A DNA stretch of 64,000 nt from Bacteroidota bacterium (GTDB taxonomy: Bacteria > Bacteroidota > Bacteroidia > UKL13-3), in the NCBI GenBank assembly GCA_013298895.1, contig JAAFJM010000002.1, positions 6,427 through 70,426 on the forward strand, in the 5' to 3' direction. Shown in pieces: positions 46,201 through 55,801 of the stretch. A program made the translations under genes and the position numbers. Below the pieces are notes generated by a model. That model did not search any database. It was not told where the DNA came from and saw only the letters and a list, made by a program, of their open reading frames with translations. Numbering within the stretch: position 1 is the first letter of the stretch; each line of letters opens with the position of its first letter.

Positions 46201-47638
46201 TCATCATTAATTTTATATCGCTTAAATCGCTTTTATAAAACTGAGCATATGATTCAATATTAAATGATTTAACATCATACTTTTCACAATATTGCTTTAC
46301 TCTCTGCAAAGGATTGTAATCCAACATACCTTGTATACGTTCATAAATTACATCTCTAAAATAATTAATTGATTGAAACTTAGCTGGGTCATCGCCTGCC
46401 ACATTTTTCAAATCAATTTTAGGATTATTAATATCCCATTTTAATTCATCTACATATATTTCAAGATTGTGATAATAATCTACAAAAGGTGCAGCACTAA
46501 TGCCAATTTTGGTATCTCGGTAAAGGCTAATTTTATCATCGTTTATTAAATAAGTAAATTTCAATTGAGGATGAAAAATAGAATCTTTATCTAAAAATAT
46601 AGTTAACTCTACTTTATCATTGGTAATTTTATTATCACGCATAAAAAACTCATTACTTGCAATGCGCAACACTGGTTTGTTTTTAAAATAAAAGTATAAT
46701 TCTGCTTTTTGATTACCTGAACTTTTACCAACAACCAATGCACCTCTTAAACCAAAACCACCTTTATATTTGGCTTTTCCATAAGTTAAACCTGTAAATG
46801 TTTGTGTTGTACTTTCAAATTGAGGATAAATTGATTTTTCACCTTGACTACTTCCCAAAGGTTTATCAATTACTTTACCCATAACTGGTTCTTTAAACCT
46901 ATCTTTATAAGTAAGCATGGCACTATCGGCAGTAAGTAGTCCATCGCTTAAATTGATAAAATAATTATTGAGTTTAGCATATACCTTAGATGTATCAAGT
47001 CCAACTCTGCTCCAATCTATTTTCCCTCCTTTACCTACAAATTGATTAGTGCCTGCATAATACTTTCCATTTGTTTTCAGAATTTCTAATGTATCGCTAG
47101 TACCATAACATATTAAATCAAGATTTTTAAAAATAAAGGTAGCTTGTCCTTCCATTTTCAAATCAACATCTTGCGCATTGATAACCCAAGTAGATACGCC
47201 AACTCGAAGCATTACGTTTTCAGCAAAAACGTTTTTCGATACATTTAAAAACCTATTGAATTCATCTTTATTCTTTTTTAGTGCACTAATTAAAGTTTTG
47301 TGCCAATTATCAAATTTAGCTATTTGATTGTTAGTAACTAACGCATTTGCAGTTTGCATATAATAGTAAAATTCTACACTTGGTTGCATTTGTTTTTGCA
47401 ACATTTCATTACATAATTTTACCATTTGCTGCTTTTGAGGCAAACTAAATTTTCCTGTATTATAATTGGCTGCAAAATTTTCTGCTTCATCCTTGGCATC
47501 GCTTTTACCACTGCGCATGAAACTTTCAAATTCTGTTATAAATACATTAGGATCGTAGGAAAAACTAGTTGGACGTTGTGCTAATAAAAATCCATTAAAA
47601 ATGGTCATAATTAGTACAAAAAGTAATATTTTTTTCAT
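43262..47638 (-). CDS. Very large (~1460 aa) exported hypothetical protein
   Basis: Long ORF with signal peptide from ATG 47638 (MKKILLFV...LLAQ), mostly beta-rich; no motif I recognise. Confidence 0.8.
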   Translation of the reverse strand: MKKILLFVLIMTIFNGFLLAQRPTSFSYDPNVFITEFESFMRSGKSDAKDEAENFAANYNTGKFSLPQKQQMVKLCNEMLQKQMQPSVEFYYYMQTANALVTNNQIAKFDNWHKTLISALKKNKDEFNRFLNVSKNVFAENVMLRVGVSTWVINAQDVDLKMEGQATFIFKNLDLICYGTSDTLEILKTNGKYYAGTNQFVGKGGKIDWSRVGLDTSKVYAKLNNYFINLSDGLLTADSAMLTYKDRFKEPVMGKVIDKPLGSSQGEKSIYPQFESTTQTFTGLTYGKAKYKGGFGLRGALVVGKSSGNQKAELYFYFKNKPVLRIASNEFFMRDNKITNDKVELTIFLDKDSIFHPQLKFTYLINDDKISLYRDTKIGISAAPFVDYYHNLEIYVDELKWDINNPKIDLKNVAGDDPAKFQSINYFRDVIYERIQGMLDYNPLQRVKQYCEKYDVKSFNIESYAQFYKSDLSDIKLMMIDLNDRGFLNYNEQTKTINIKPKLKDYVNAHIGRTDYDAISFKSVISAIPNAAISLINNDLIVQGVGRFKFSDSQNVEVTPREQILTIKKNRGIEFNGKLRAGKADFYGSNFSFDYTKFDVRLNNVDSLKFLYLDDTLGYLANVKSVIQNIYGTLEIDYPYNKSSRKNYPGYPKFTSEVGSKVFYDYQTTQNGNYVKDRFFFAVDPFKLDSLNDLNLYTLALAGTLESDGILPDMRQEIYLQPDKSLGFYIPNDTNNSYMLYKGKGSAKFALRLSNEGLIGDGDLYYLASKSHSNKFNLLLDSMNADCEYFKNDRTALFPTIINSKNVYNHWIPYQDTMFIFNKGEPIKIAYEKAELRGTLILTPQAMKARGSMTIEDGELIADLYELRPVEILSENAIFRQRWPGDTTKIAFVTQKVNAYVNLEKRFGEFTYLNPNEINNQFAYNLYEGSFEKMRWEMEPRTMEFTGKTFEQNAANASYLISKRPSQDNLTFKCASMKMGLGDYLMKASKIPFIQVVDSKILPDSGKAYIGKDAEMSELINAKINADTLTKFHKIEQVTIKINGRTDFRGQGNYIYLDKNKKPQRFYLSEIYAEDKKYLGGKSNIPDSINFNVGTKLAFRGNAILHSFNKNLEYNGFFKPLHELYLPKTDWFKSAAVINPDTVYIDLLPPLTNLNRAVLNCGFILTADSTHVTPAMFSRKRSNNDIELLKVEGTFTYNDKFDEFRIGPYAKVFGQPAKLGNFMAVSESKKAIYGEGKFNFNLDIPKFKLITAGNGSFSLRDTTFNMNIAAVVDFEMPANALKLMVDSITDQSSSNSNDYFKKEILNIAIPEMVDEKTLKKMSDEASDELEGKLINDLFKTFFITDLKFKYDINTRSFISEGDFGVRSIDKYSIERRLQGRIQILKTRTKEEFVIYLQQNNGSWYYFKYSKGNLSILGSDPLFNEALKAGMDKLSGDGFTVRLASISDRNKIMRAIKGK

Positions 47639-47693
47639 TGGGTGCAAGTAATTAAATTGATTGCCATTTGGCAAGTTAAACTATTAACATAGT

Positions 47694-47721
47694 TTTGATT
47701 TTTGATGTGTGATTTTTGATG
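47694..47721. repeat. Heptamer tract of the tttgatt family
   Basis: tttgatt tttgatg tgtgatt tttgatg. Confidence 0.6.
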
Positions 47722-47778
47722 TATATTTTTTGTTTTTAACCATCTTAAATTAAAATACTGGATGTTATTCAAAATAAA

Positions 47779-48678
47779 TTATTCTTGATTAAAGAATACA
47801 TGCTCCTTATCAAAATTAATTTTACAATTAGCTGCTAGTTTAACGCATAAGTTCAAATTTTCGTGTCCGGCAGGGAAGCCGTAAAACACAGGAAAATTAT
47901 ACTTACCAACTACCTCATTTATAATTTGATAACAGTTTTTATTAAATGCAAATGGCGCTGCATTTTCATTCATATCACTCATACCTCCAACCAAAAGACC
48001 TTTTAGGTTTTTGAACTTCCCAGCTCTATCAAGGCCTTGCATCATACGATCTATATGGTAATAATATTCACCAATATCTTCTATAAAAAGTATTTTACCA
48101 TCCAAATTCAGATCGCTAGGACTACCCAATAAACTAAACAATACCGATAAATTGCCACCAATTAACTCCCCTTCTACATGATTACAATTATTAAGTGAAT
48201 GCTGCTCAAATTGGTAATTTATTGCATTTCCAAACAATACATTTTTAAAACTTTGGTTAGTTTGCTCATTAAAATATTTGCCTTGCATGGTAATTGGCAT
48301 ACAGCTATGTAAAGTTTGTATTCCAAAGTTTTGATTAACATGTGCATGTAAAACTGTACCATCGCTGAATCCAGCGATTAATTTTGGTTTTTTTCTGAAA
48401 TTAGTAAAATCAATCTTATCAATAATTCTCACCGTTCCATAACCTCCGCGTGCCAAAACTATAGCGTCCAACTCGGGATTATCTAATAATTGCTGCAAAC
48501 CCAATGCGCGTATTTCATCATTACCTGCAAATGAATCTTCATGCTCAAACAGATAATTACTTAGTAATACTTTTAAGCCCCAACTCTCAAAAATTTGTTT
48601 GGCATTATTAATGGAATCTTTGTCGATATGCCTTGCTGTGGCAGCTATTGCTATGGTACTATTGGGTTTTAAATACAT
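47779..48678 (-). CDS. ldcA: LD-carboxypeptidase (peptidase S66)
   Basis: ARGGYG, GFSDGT (catalytic Ser), GGNLSV, ILFIEDIGE and PAGH. Confidence 0.92.
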   Translation of the reverse strand: MYLKPNSTIAIAATARHIDKDSINNAKQIFESWGLKVLLSNYLFEHEDSFAGNDEIRALGLQQLLDNPELDAIVLARGGYGTVRIIDKIDFTNFRKKPKLIAGFSDGTVLHAHVNQNFGIQTLHSCMPITMQGKYFNEQTNQSFKNVLFGNAINYQFEQHSLNNCNHVEGELIGGNLSVLFSLLGSPSDLNLDGKILFIEDIGEYYYHIDRMMQGLDRAGKFKNLKGLLVGGMSDMNENAAPFAFNKNCYQIINEVVGKYNFPVFYGFPAGHENLNLCVKLAANCKINFDKEHVFFNQE

Positions 48679-48692
48679 AAAATATGTTTTGC

Positions 48693-48722
48693 CAAAGTTA
48701 CATTATTATGTTATTTGTCAAA
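48693..48722 (-). promoter_or_regulatory. Bacteroidota promoter for ldcA
   Basis: Minus strand TTTG (48722-48719), 18-nt spacer, TAacTTTG (48700-48693). Confidence 0.6.
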
Positions 48723-48878
48723 ATTATTGCTTTTTATCACCCGAAAATGTATTAAGCAACCCAATATTTTAATTCAAAAACTTCTTGTAATAACATTTGA
48801 TTGTTAATCATTAAATCAAATATTTAATTTAGTGAAATAAGGGATGATTGGGTAAAACTAAAATAACCTAAAACAAAA

Positions 48879-48907
48879 AAGGGTAAGATTTTTGAACCTT
48901 ACCCCTT
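48879..48907 (-). terminator. Terminator after the LruC-like lipoprotein
   Basis: aagggtaag...cttacccctt, preceded on the plus strand by an A run. Confidence 0.6.
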
Positions 48908-48929
48908 GTGAATAATTAAAATTAACTGT

Positions 48930-50318
48930 TTAATTAACCTGTTTTATTAATGAATCTAATTTATTGTAGCGCCATTCGTTGATGTTAACCCCATTTTTTA
49001 AAACCCAAGCACTAAAGTTAGGATATGCTTTAACCATTTCAACTTTTTCAGTTGGCCAAACAAAACTAGAAGGCATTGAAAGAGCCCAAGGCAAATTTTT
49101 CTTTTTGCTTAAATAAGTTTTGCCAGTGCTTAAATTTGTGTTATCCTCTCCTGTACCAAAAATAGCAGTATTGGCTTTTAATGTTGGTTTTTCCCCTGCC
49201 ACATGAATTTCCATACTTCTATCACCATTTTGCAATAAAAAAGGATGCGAATATCTAAAAGTACATAATTTACCTTGCCAATAATCTTTATCTATTTCTG
49301 TATTTAAATCTATGGTGAAAAATACAGTATCTCCTAATCCAAAAGCTGTTTTGGCATCCGTATTCTGATAAATAGAAGCTTTAACATCATTGATGCGAGC
49401 AAACAAAACTAACACAACATCGCCATTAGGTAAAATTTCCAAATTTGCACCAGAGTTAGCCTTTCCACTACTATTAGTAAACTTACAATTTGAAATATAG
49501 TTACCCAAATTATTAATTGGAGTTATGCTACCATCTTGATTGTAATACTCTCCAAATAATTGTACTGCAAGTCCATTATTAAATCCTGCACCATTGGCTT
49601 GTACTACATAAGTTCCTTTTAATTGATTTACCACTTTATTGCCTATACCAATAGGCCTAGTAGCACCAGCAGGTTTATTACCAGCGGTTCTGAAATTTAA
49701 TGTATTTAAATTATCAACTACCATATCGTTAAAATCGTAGTCGGCTGTGCTTGGCCATAAATCTTCAAATAAAGTTCTGGTATATAAATATTCATTTTTA
49801 CTCCATAACAAGGTTATATCTCCACTTTTAAATAACTGGCTGTATTCACTTTTATCAGCTAAATCATTTGATTTTTTTGTCCATAATTTATTGGCTTGTA
49901 CTATGCTTTTAATAACTATTTTATCATTATAATACGAAGTTGGGTTTTGGAGGTTAATAGTTTGTGCTGGAACTATTTTAGAATTGTAGGAAACCAATAA
50001 TAAATATTTCACATCGCGGGGAACACGAACAGAGAATGATGTATATCCAAAATTAAATAATCCATTATATACTAGTTTTGCATCATCGCTATATAAAGCA
50101 AATGAAACATTATCAATTAAGGTATCGGCTGTTAGGGTTATTAAATAATCTTGTAAAAACTGCCATTTAAAATTTTCAGGGGCAGTTAATCCATTTAAAG
50201 TTTCAGTGTTTGGTTTGGTGGTGTTTGTAGTGGTAGGAATGGGACGCTGAACCACAATTTCTTGTCGGCAAGCAATTATTAATACCAAAAAAGAAACAAT
50301 TAGTAAAGTGTTTTTCAT
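48930..50318 (-). CDS. LruC/DUF4842-domain lipoprotein
   Basis: Lipobox LIIAC; FEDLWPSTADYDFNDMVV, EIHV and LPWAL...FVWPTEK...AYPNF..W. Confidence 0.82.
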   Translation of the reverse strand: MKNTLLIVSFLVLIIACRQEIVVQRPIPTTTNTTKPNTETLNGLTAPENFKWQFLQDYLITLTADTLIDNVSFALYSDDAKLVYNGLFNFGYTSFSVRVPRDVKYLLLVSYNSKIVPAQTINLQNPTSYYNDKIVIKSIVQANKLWTKKSNDLADKSEYSQLFKSGDITLLWSKNEYLYTRTLFEDLWPSTADYDFNDMVVDNLNTLNFRTAGNKPAGATRPIGIGNKVVNQLKGTYVVQANGAGFNNGLAVQLFGEYYNQDGSITPINNLGNYISNCKFTNSSGKANSGANLEILPNGDVVLVLFARINDVKASIYQNTDAKTAFGLGDTVFFTIDLNTEIDKDYWQGKLCTFRYSHPFLLQNGDRSMEIHVAGEKPTLKANTAIFGTGEDNTNLSTGKTYLSKKKNLPWALSMPSSFVWPTEKVEMVKAYPNFSAWVLKNGVNINEWRYNKLDSLIKQVN

Positions 50319-50590
50319 GTATTTGTTATTTGTTCAACTACAAAATAAAGCATTAATAAAATGCTTTCAACAAAAGATTGGACATGGATTATTTATTTTC
50401 AACAATTAGTCTGCGATTTCAAAAACAATTTGTCGCACATAAATAACTAATTAACAATATTTTACAAATAAAAATAAAATGAATTATAAACAAAAAAATG
50501 TGTTAAATGCATAAAAAAACAGAAGAATTAAAATTATACGAATAGCCGAAAATTTAAAGTAAACTGCAAGATGCTTATAATTGCATTTGT

Positions 50591-51289
50591 ATGTTAAAAA
50601 AATATTTATCTTTACTTTTTACTATTTGCCTCAGTAACATGGTTATTGCTCAAAAACACGAAATTCAGATTGGAGTACAAGGCGGTTTAGCGCTGCCAAT
50701 GGGTCAGTTTGCAAGTGGCTATGGACTTTACATTGATAATGGATATGCAGCAAATGGATATAATTATAAACTGTATGCTGATTTTAGAATAGTTGATGCG
50801 TTTTGCTTAGGTATAAATTACTTAAATTTTACTAATGGGATAGAAGAAGGAAACATATATGCAGGCTTTAATAATGCCTTTACCACAATAAATACTAAAA
50901 CAAACAAAAAATATGAAACTGATGCTTTTATTGGAAGTATTATGCTAAAAGGCAAAGAAACTCCCCTATTTATCAAAGCATATGGTGGATTTGGAAGGTC
51001 AAAATCGGCAGAAATAACTGGCTCTAACACTGTAGGTTCGCTTACTTTACAACAAAGCACCTCAAGTATAAATCCTATTTATGGATTTGGAGCAGGAATT
51101 TATGTTCCAATAGAAAACAAATTTTTTATTGAAATTGAAGGAAATTATTTGCTAAGCACTGCACGTCCAAATAATATTATTATTATAGATAATAACACAA
51201 AAGAAACATTTTCAGAAGGAGATATTTCTTATAACCAAACTGTTATCAATTTAAACATTGGAGTAGGTGTTTTTCTATTTAGAGAATAG
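50591..51289 (+). CDS. Putative outer-membrane beta-barrel protein
   Basis: Signal peptide, GGLALPMGQF start and terminal strand INLNIGVGVFLF. Confidence 0.65.
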   Translation: MLKKYLSLLFTICLSNMVIAQKHEIQIGVQGGLALPMGQFASGYGLYIDNGYAANGYNYKLYADFRIVDAFCLGINYLNFTNGIEEGNIYAGFNNAFTTINTKTNKKYETDAFIGSIMLKGKETPLFIKAYGGFGRSKSAEITGSNTVGSLTLQQSTSSINPIYGFGAGIYVPIENKFFIEIEGNYLLSTARPNNIIIIDNNTKETFSEGDISYNQTVINLNIGVGVFLFRE

Positions 51290-51320
51290 AAGTAAAATTT
51301 CCGCCTTATCAATTAAAAAT

Positions 51321-51328
51321 TATATTTG
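51321..51328 (+). promoter_or_regulatory. -7 promoter element for rpe-pdxA
   Basis: TAtaTTTG, 8 nt before the ATG. Confidence 0.55.
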
Positions 51329-51336
51329 CGAGCATT

Positions 51337-51990
51337 ATGCCAAATCACATTATTGCACCTTCTATACTTTCAGCTAATTTTGCACAATTAGGAAACGACA
51401 TTGAAATGATTAATAAAAGTGAGGCCGATTGGTTTCACATAGATGTAATGGATGGTGTTTTTGTTCCCAATATTTCGTTTGGATTCCCCGTAATGAAATC
51501 GTTACAAAAATTAGCCACCAAAACATTAGATGTTCATTTAATGATTGTTCAACCAGAACGCTATATTACCGATTTTAAAGATGCTGGCGCAAATATTCTT
51601 TCAGTACATTACGAAGCTTGCACCCATTTGCATCGCACCATTTACGCCATTAAAGAAGCAGGTATGAAAGCAGGTGTAGCCATTAACCCACATACACCCA
51701 TTGATTTATTGAAAGACATTATAGCCGATACTGATTTAATTTGTATGATGAGTGTAAACCCAGGTTTTGGGGGTCAAAAATTTATTGAAAACACTTATAA
51801 TAAATGCGCAGATTTAAAGAATTTTATTATTCAAAAAAACAGCCATTGCTTTATAGAAATAGATGGGGGTGTAAATGAAATTACTGCACCTAAATTACTT
51901 AAAGCTGGTGCCGATGTTTTGGTAGCAGGAAATTACGTATTCTCATCCAATAACCCAACGGCTACCATTGCCAGTTTAAAAGCATTATAA
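51337..51990 (+). CDS. rpe: Ribulose-phosphate 3-epimerase
   Basis: APSILSA, HIDVMDGVFVPN, DVHLMI, MSVNPGFGGQKF and IEIDGGV. Confidence 0.97.
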   Translation: MPNHIIAPSILSANFAQLGNDIEMINKSEADWFHIDVMDGVFVPNISFGFPVMKSLQKLATKTLDVHLMIVQPERYITDFKDAGANILSVHYEACTHLHRTIYAIKEAGMKAGVAINPHTPIDLLKDIIADTDLICMMSVNPGFGGQKFIENTYNKCADLKNFIIQKNSHCFIEIDGGVNEITAPKLLKAGADVLVAGNYVFSSNNPTATIASLKAL

Positions 51991-52040
51991 TAATTAATAA
52001 CTTTAATTAAAATCAATAACTTTACCAAAAAATCAATAAA

Positions 52041-53108
52041 ATGAGCAAACTTCCCATCATAGGTATTACATTTGGCGACATTAACTCAATAGCACCAGAA
52101 ATAGTAATTAAAACCTTAAGCGATTTAAGAATTTGCGATTACTGCACACCTATTATTTATGGTTCACCAAAGGTAATTGGCTTTTGGAAAAAAATAATTG
52201 GTATGCCTGAGTTTTTTGTAAACATTATTAAAAGCCCAGATCAAGTTAACACAAAAAAAATCAACTTAATAGCTTGTTGGGAAGAAGAAGTGGAAATTAA
52301 AGTTGGCGAGGCCAATGAAATTGGTGGAAAATATGCATTTAAAAGTTTAGAAGTAGCTACCCAAGATTTAAAAGAAGGTAAAATTGATGGGTTAGTAACA
52401 GCGCCTTTAAATAAAAATTTAGTTAATAGCGAATTGTTGCCATTTAAAGGACATACCGAATATTTAGCTCAGGAATTAAATAACCATAATTACCTCATGT
52501 TTTTAGTTTGTGAAGACTTAAAAATAGGTTTAGTTACAGGACATGTTCCATTAAAAGATGTGGCTTCAAAATTAAGTACTGAACTTATTTTAAGTAAAAT
52601 AAAAACAATGAATCAATCGTTGAAAAACGATTTTAATTGCCCAAAACCCAAAATTGCAGTTTTAGGCCTTAATCCTCATGCAGGTGATGACGGCTTAATA
52701 GGTGTGGAGGAAAAAAATATCATTATACCAGCCATCAATGCAGCACAAACGGAAGGCATAATGGCATATGGACCTTACCCTTCAGATGGATTTTTTGGTT
52801 CAAAACAATACGAAAAGTTTGATGGTGTTATGGCAATGTACCACGACCAAGGTTTAATTCCATTCAAATATTTTGCTTTTACTGATGGAGTAAATTATAC
52901 CGCTGGCCTCAGTGCGGTTCGCACTTCGCCCGACCATGGAACGGCATACGACATTGCTGGAAAAAACAAAGCAGATGAAAGTAGTTTAAGAAATGCGCTG
53001 TATTTAGCGCTTGATATTATAGCTAGACGCACTGATAACAAGGAATTACGAGCCAATCCATTAGCTTTTCAACAGTTTAAGCGAGAGCGCTTTAGAATGG
53101 ACTTTTAA
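52041..53108 (+). CDS. pdxA: 4-hydroxythreonine-4-phosphate dehydrogenase
   Basis: TAPLNK, GHTEYL, GLNPHAG, AMYHDQGLIPFK and RTSPDHGTAYDIAG. Confidence 0.95.
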   Translation: MSKLPIIGITFGDINSIAPEIVIKTLSDLRICDYCTPIIYGSPKVIGFWKKIIGMPEFFVNIIKSPDQVNTKKINLIACWEEEVEIKVGEANEIGGKYAFKSLEVATQDLKEGKIDGLVTAPLNKNLVNSELLPFKGHTEYLAQELNNHNYLMFLVCEDLKIGLVTGHVPLKDVASKLSTELILSKIKTMNQSLKNDFNCPKPKIAVLGLNPHAGDDGLIGVEEKNIIIPAINAAQTEGIMAYGPYPSDGFFGSKQYEKFDGVMAMYHDQGLIPFKYFAFTDGVNYTAGLSAVRTSPDHGTAYDIAGKNKADESSLRNALYLALDIIARRTDNKELRANPLAFQQFKRERFRMDF

Positions 53109-53205
53109 CACATTTAATTAAAATCAATCTAAATAAATTACATGATAATTGTTTTAGTTTCTACATGTTTTTTTATTCATATTGCGGCATATTATTTAAT
53201 ATAGA

Positions 53206-54291
53206 ATGACTAAAATTAAATTCGACAACAAAAACCCTGAATTTTTCAATGTATTAAAAGCTCGCGTTGAAGAGTATTTTGTAACAAAAAACATTAAGCC
53301 AACTGGTAATTACAAACTATATTCCAAAACGGCCATTTTATTATCTGTATTAGCTGCTTGTTACATTACATTGGTGTTTTTTACACCTGAATCTAATTTG
53401 ATAAGTGTGCTTATTTGTATTGTATTAGGTGTTGATTTGGCTGCAATTGGATTTAATGTAATGCACGATGGTGCGCATGGAAGTTATTCTACTAAAAAAT
53501 GGATTAACGAGGCTATGAGCTACTCCTTGAACATAATGGGCGGAAGCAGCTATTTATGGAAACAAAAACACAATATTAACCATCACTCTTACACAAATAT
53601 TGAAGGTATGGACGATGATATTGACATCAAACCTTTTATACGTGTTCATGCAGACCAAGATAGCAAATGGTTTCACCGTTTTCAGCATATTTATGGACTT
53701 TTACTTTATGGTTTAACCTATATCTTTTGGGTATTTTTCAATGATTTCAAAAAATATTTTGCTAGTCGTATTTCTGATTACACGCCACTACGTAAAATGG
53801 ATGTTAAAGAGCATATCATATTTTGGGTTACTAAAGTTGGTTATGTAGGTTTATTTTTAGTACTTCCTATATTTTTTGCTGGTTTAGTACCTACCATTAT
53901 TGGTTATTTAATTAGCGTTTTTGTATGTGGATTAGTTATAGCTATTGTTTTCCAATTAGCTCATATTTTAGAGGATATGGAATTTGTTGATACCAATGGA
54001 ACTTCTATGAAAATTGAAACTGAATGGGCTATTCACCAAATTAATACAACTGCAAATTTTGCTACTAAAAGTAGAAGTATGACTTGGTTTATGGGAGGTT
54101 TAAATTTTCAAATAGAACATCATTTATTCCCACGTATTAGCCATGTGCATTACCCTCAAATCCACAAAATTGTTAAACAAGCTTGCGCTGAATTTGATAT
54201 TAAATACAAAGAATTTCCTACAGTTTTAAGCGCAGTTCGTTCCCACTTGTTGCATTTAAAAGCAATGGGAACGGCCAAAGCAATTGCTTAA
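53206..54291 (+). CDS. Fatty acid desaturase (front-end/linoleoyl-CoA type)
   Basis: His boxes HDGAH, HNINHH and QIEHH. Confidence 0.9.
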   Translation: MTKIKFDNKNPEFFNVLKARVEEYFVTKNIKPTGNYKLYSKTAILLSVLAACYITLVFFTPESNLISVLICIVLGVDLAAIGFNVMHDGAHGSYSTKKWINEAMSYSLNIMGGSSYLWKQKHNINHHSYTNIEGMDDDIDIKPFIRVHADQDSKWFHRFQHIYGLLLYGLTYIFWVFFNDFKKYFASRISDYTPLRKMDVKEHIIFWVTKVGYVGLFLVLPIFFAGLVPTIIGYLISVFVCGLVIAIVFQLAHILEDMEFVDTNGTSMKIETEWAIHQINTTANFATKSRSMTWFMGGLNFQIEHHLFPRISHVHYPQIHKIVKQACAEFDIKYKEFPTVLSAVRSHLLHLKAMGTAKAIA

Positions 54292-54303
54292 ATAACATTA
54301 TCT

Positions 54304-54339
54304 AAAAAAAGTCATTCTTTAGCTAGAATGACTTTTTTT
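54304..54339 (+). terminator. Intrinsic terminator
   Basis: aaaaaaagtcattct...agaatgacttttttt. Confidence 0.85.
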
Positions 54340-54470
54340 ATGTTCTATTTACAACCAATTCATTTCAAAAAACTAATATTTAACACTTAAAATGCCAAAT
54401 ATTTTGGTTGTGTAATTAAGTATATCTACTATTTTCGTACCCATAAAAAATAATCATCATTTAAAACAAA

Positions 54471-55691
54471 ATGAATATACACGAATACCAAGCCAAACAA
54501 ATTTTAAAATCGTTTGGAGTTGCTGTGCAAGAAGGCATAGTTGCTGAAACAGCAGATGAAGCACACACAGCTGCATTAAAGTTAAAAGAACAATACGGAA
54601 GCGATTTTGTGGTTGTGAAAGCACAAATTCATGCTGGCGGACGTGGAAAAGGTAGTATTATTGGAAAAGAACAACGCGGTGTTGCTGTAGCTAAAAATGC
54701 TGATAAAGCTAAAGAAATTGCTGGCAACTTATTAGGTGGTACTTTAGTTACTATTCAAACCGGACCAAAAGGTAAATTAGTAAGCAAAGTGTTAGTAGCG
54801 CAAGATGTATATTATCCTGGCTCAAGCGAACCTAAAGAATATTACATGAGTGTAATGTTAGATAGAGGTCAAAGCAAAAACATTATAGTTTACAGTACCG
54901 AAGGTGGTATGGATATTGAGCACGTTGCAGAGCATACTCCACATTTAATTCATAAAGAAACTATCGACCCTAAAGTAGGTTTACAAGGCTTTCAAGCTCG
55001 TAAAATTGCGTTTAACTTAGGTTGCGAAGGTGAGGCATTTAAACAAATGGTAAAATTTGTTACTGCTTTATACAAAGCTTACACCAATTCAGATGCAGCT
55101 ATGTTTGAAATCAATCCAGTTTTAAAAACAAGTGATGATAAAATTATAGCGGTAGATGGTAAGGTAGATATTGATGATAACGCTTTATACCGTCATGCTG
55201 ATTACGCAGCCATGCGCGATACTGCAGAAGAAGATCCAACTGAAGTAGAAGCTAAAGAATTTAACTTAAACTATGTTAAATTAGATGGTAACGTTGGTTG
55301 TATGGTTAATGGTGCTGGTTTAGCTATGGCTACTATGGATATTATTAAATTATCAGGTGGAGATCCTGCTAATTTCTTAGACGTAGGAGGAAGTGCTAAT
55401 GCTACTACAGTAGAAGCTGGCTTCCGTATTATTTTAAAAGATCCAAATGTAAAAGCTATCTTAATTAATATTTTTGGTGGTATTGTTCGTTGTGATAGAG
55501 TAGCACAAGGTGTGGTGGATGCCTACAAATCAATTGGCAATATTCCTGTTCCAATAATTGTTCGTTTACAAGGAACAAATGCTGAAGCTGCTAAAAAATT
55601 AATTGACGAAAGTGGGTTAAAAGTTTACTCAGCAATTGTATTAAAAGAAGCTGCTGATTTAGTTCAAAAAGCAGTAAGCGGAACTATTTAA
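54471..55691 (+). CDS. sucC: Succinyl-CoA ligase (ADP-forming) beta subunit
   Basis: MNIHEYQAK, KAQIHAGGRGKG, GCMVNGAGLAMATMD and NIFGGIVRCD. Confidence 0.97.
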   Translation: MNIHEYQAKQILKSFGVAVQEGIVAETADEAHTAALKLKEQYGSDFVVVKAQIHAGGRGKGSIIGKEQRGVAVAKNADKAKEIAGNLLGGTLVTIQTGPKGKLVSKVLVAQDVYYPGSSEPKEYYMSVMLDRGQSKNIIVYSTEGGMDIEHVAEHTPHLIHKETIDPKVGLQGFQARKIAFNLGCEGEAFKQMVKFVTALYKAYTNSDAAMFEINPVLKTSDDKIIAVDGKVDIDDNALYRHADYAAMRDTAEEDPTEVEAKEFNLNYVKLDGNVGCMVNGAGLAMATMDIIKLSGGDPANFLDVGGSANATTVEAGFRIILKDPNVKAILINIFGGIVRCDRVAQGVVDAYKSIGNIPVPIIVRLQGTNAEAAKKLIDESGLKVYSAIVLKEAADLVQKAVSGTI

Positions 55692-55730
55692 TAATAAAAA
55701 ATTGCTAGCAGCAATGCTTGTATAAAACAC

Positions 55731-55770
55731 AAAAAGACCAACACTATTTAATTAGTTGTTGGTCTTTTTT
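55731..55770 (+). terminator. Terminator after sucC
   Basis: aaaaagaccaaca...tgttggtctttttt. Confidence 0.8.
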
Positions 55771-55801
55771 ATAAACCTAATTTTGGCTATTTAAATCTAA
55801 A

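Noticed and set aside
50412..50437. TGCGA-N16-TCGCA inverted repeat resembling a CRP/FNR site
   Set aside because: The spacer is 16 nt rather than 6, and five-base arms are too weak without comparative support.
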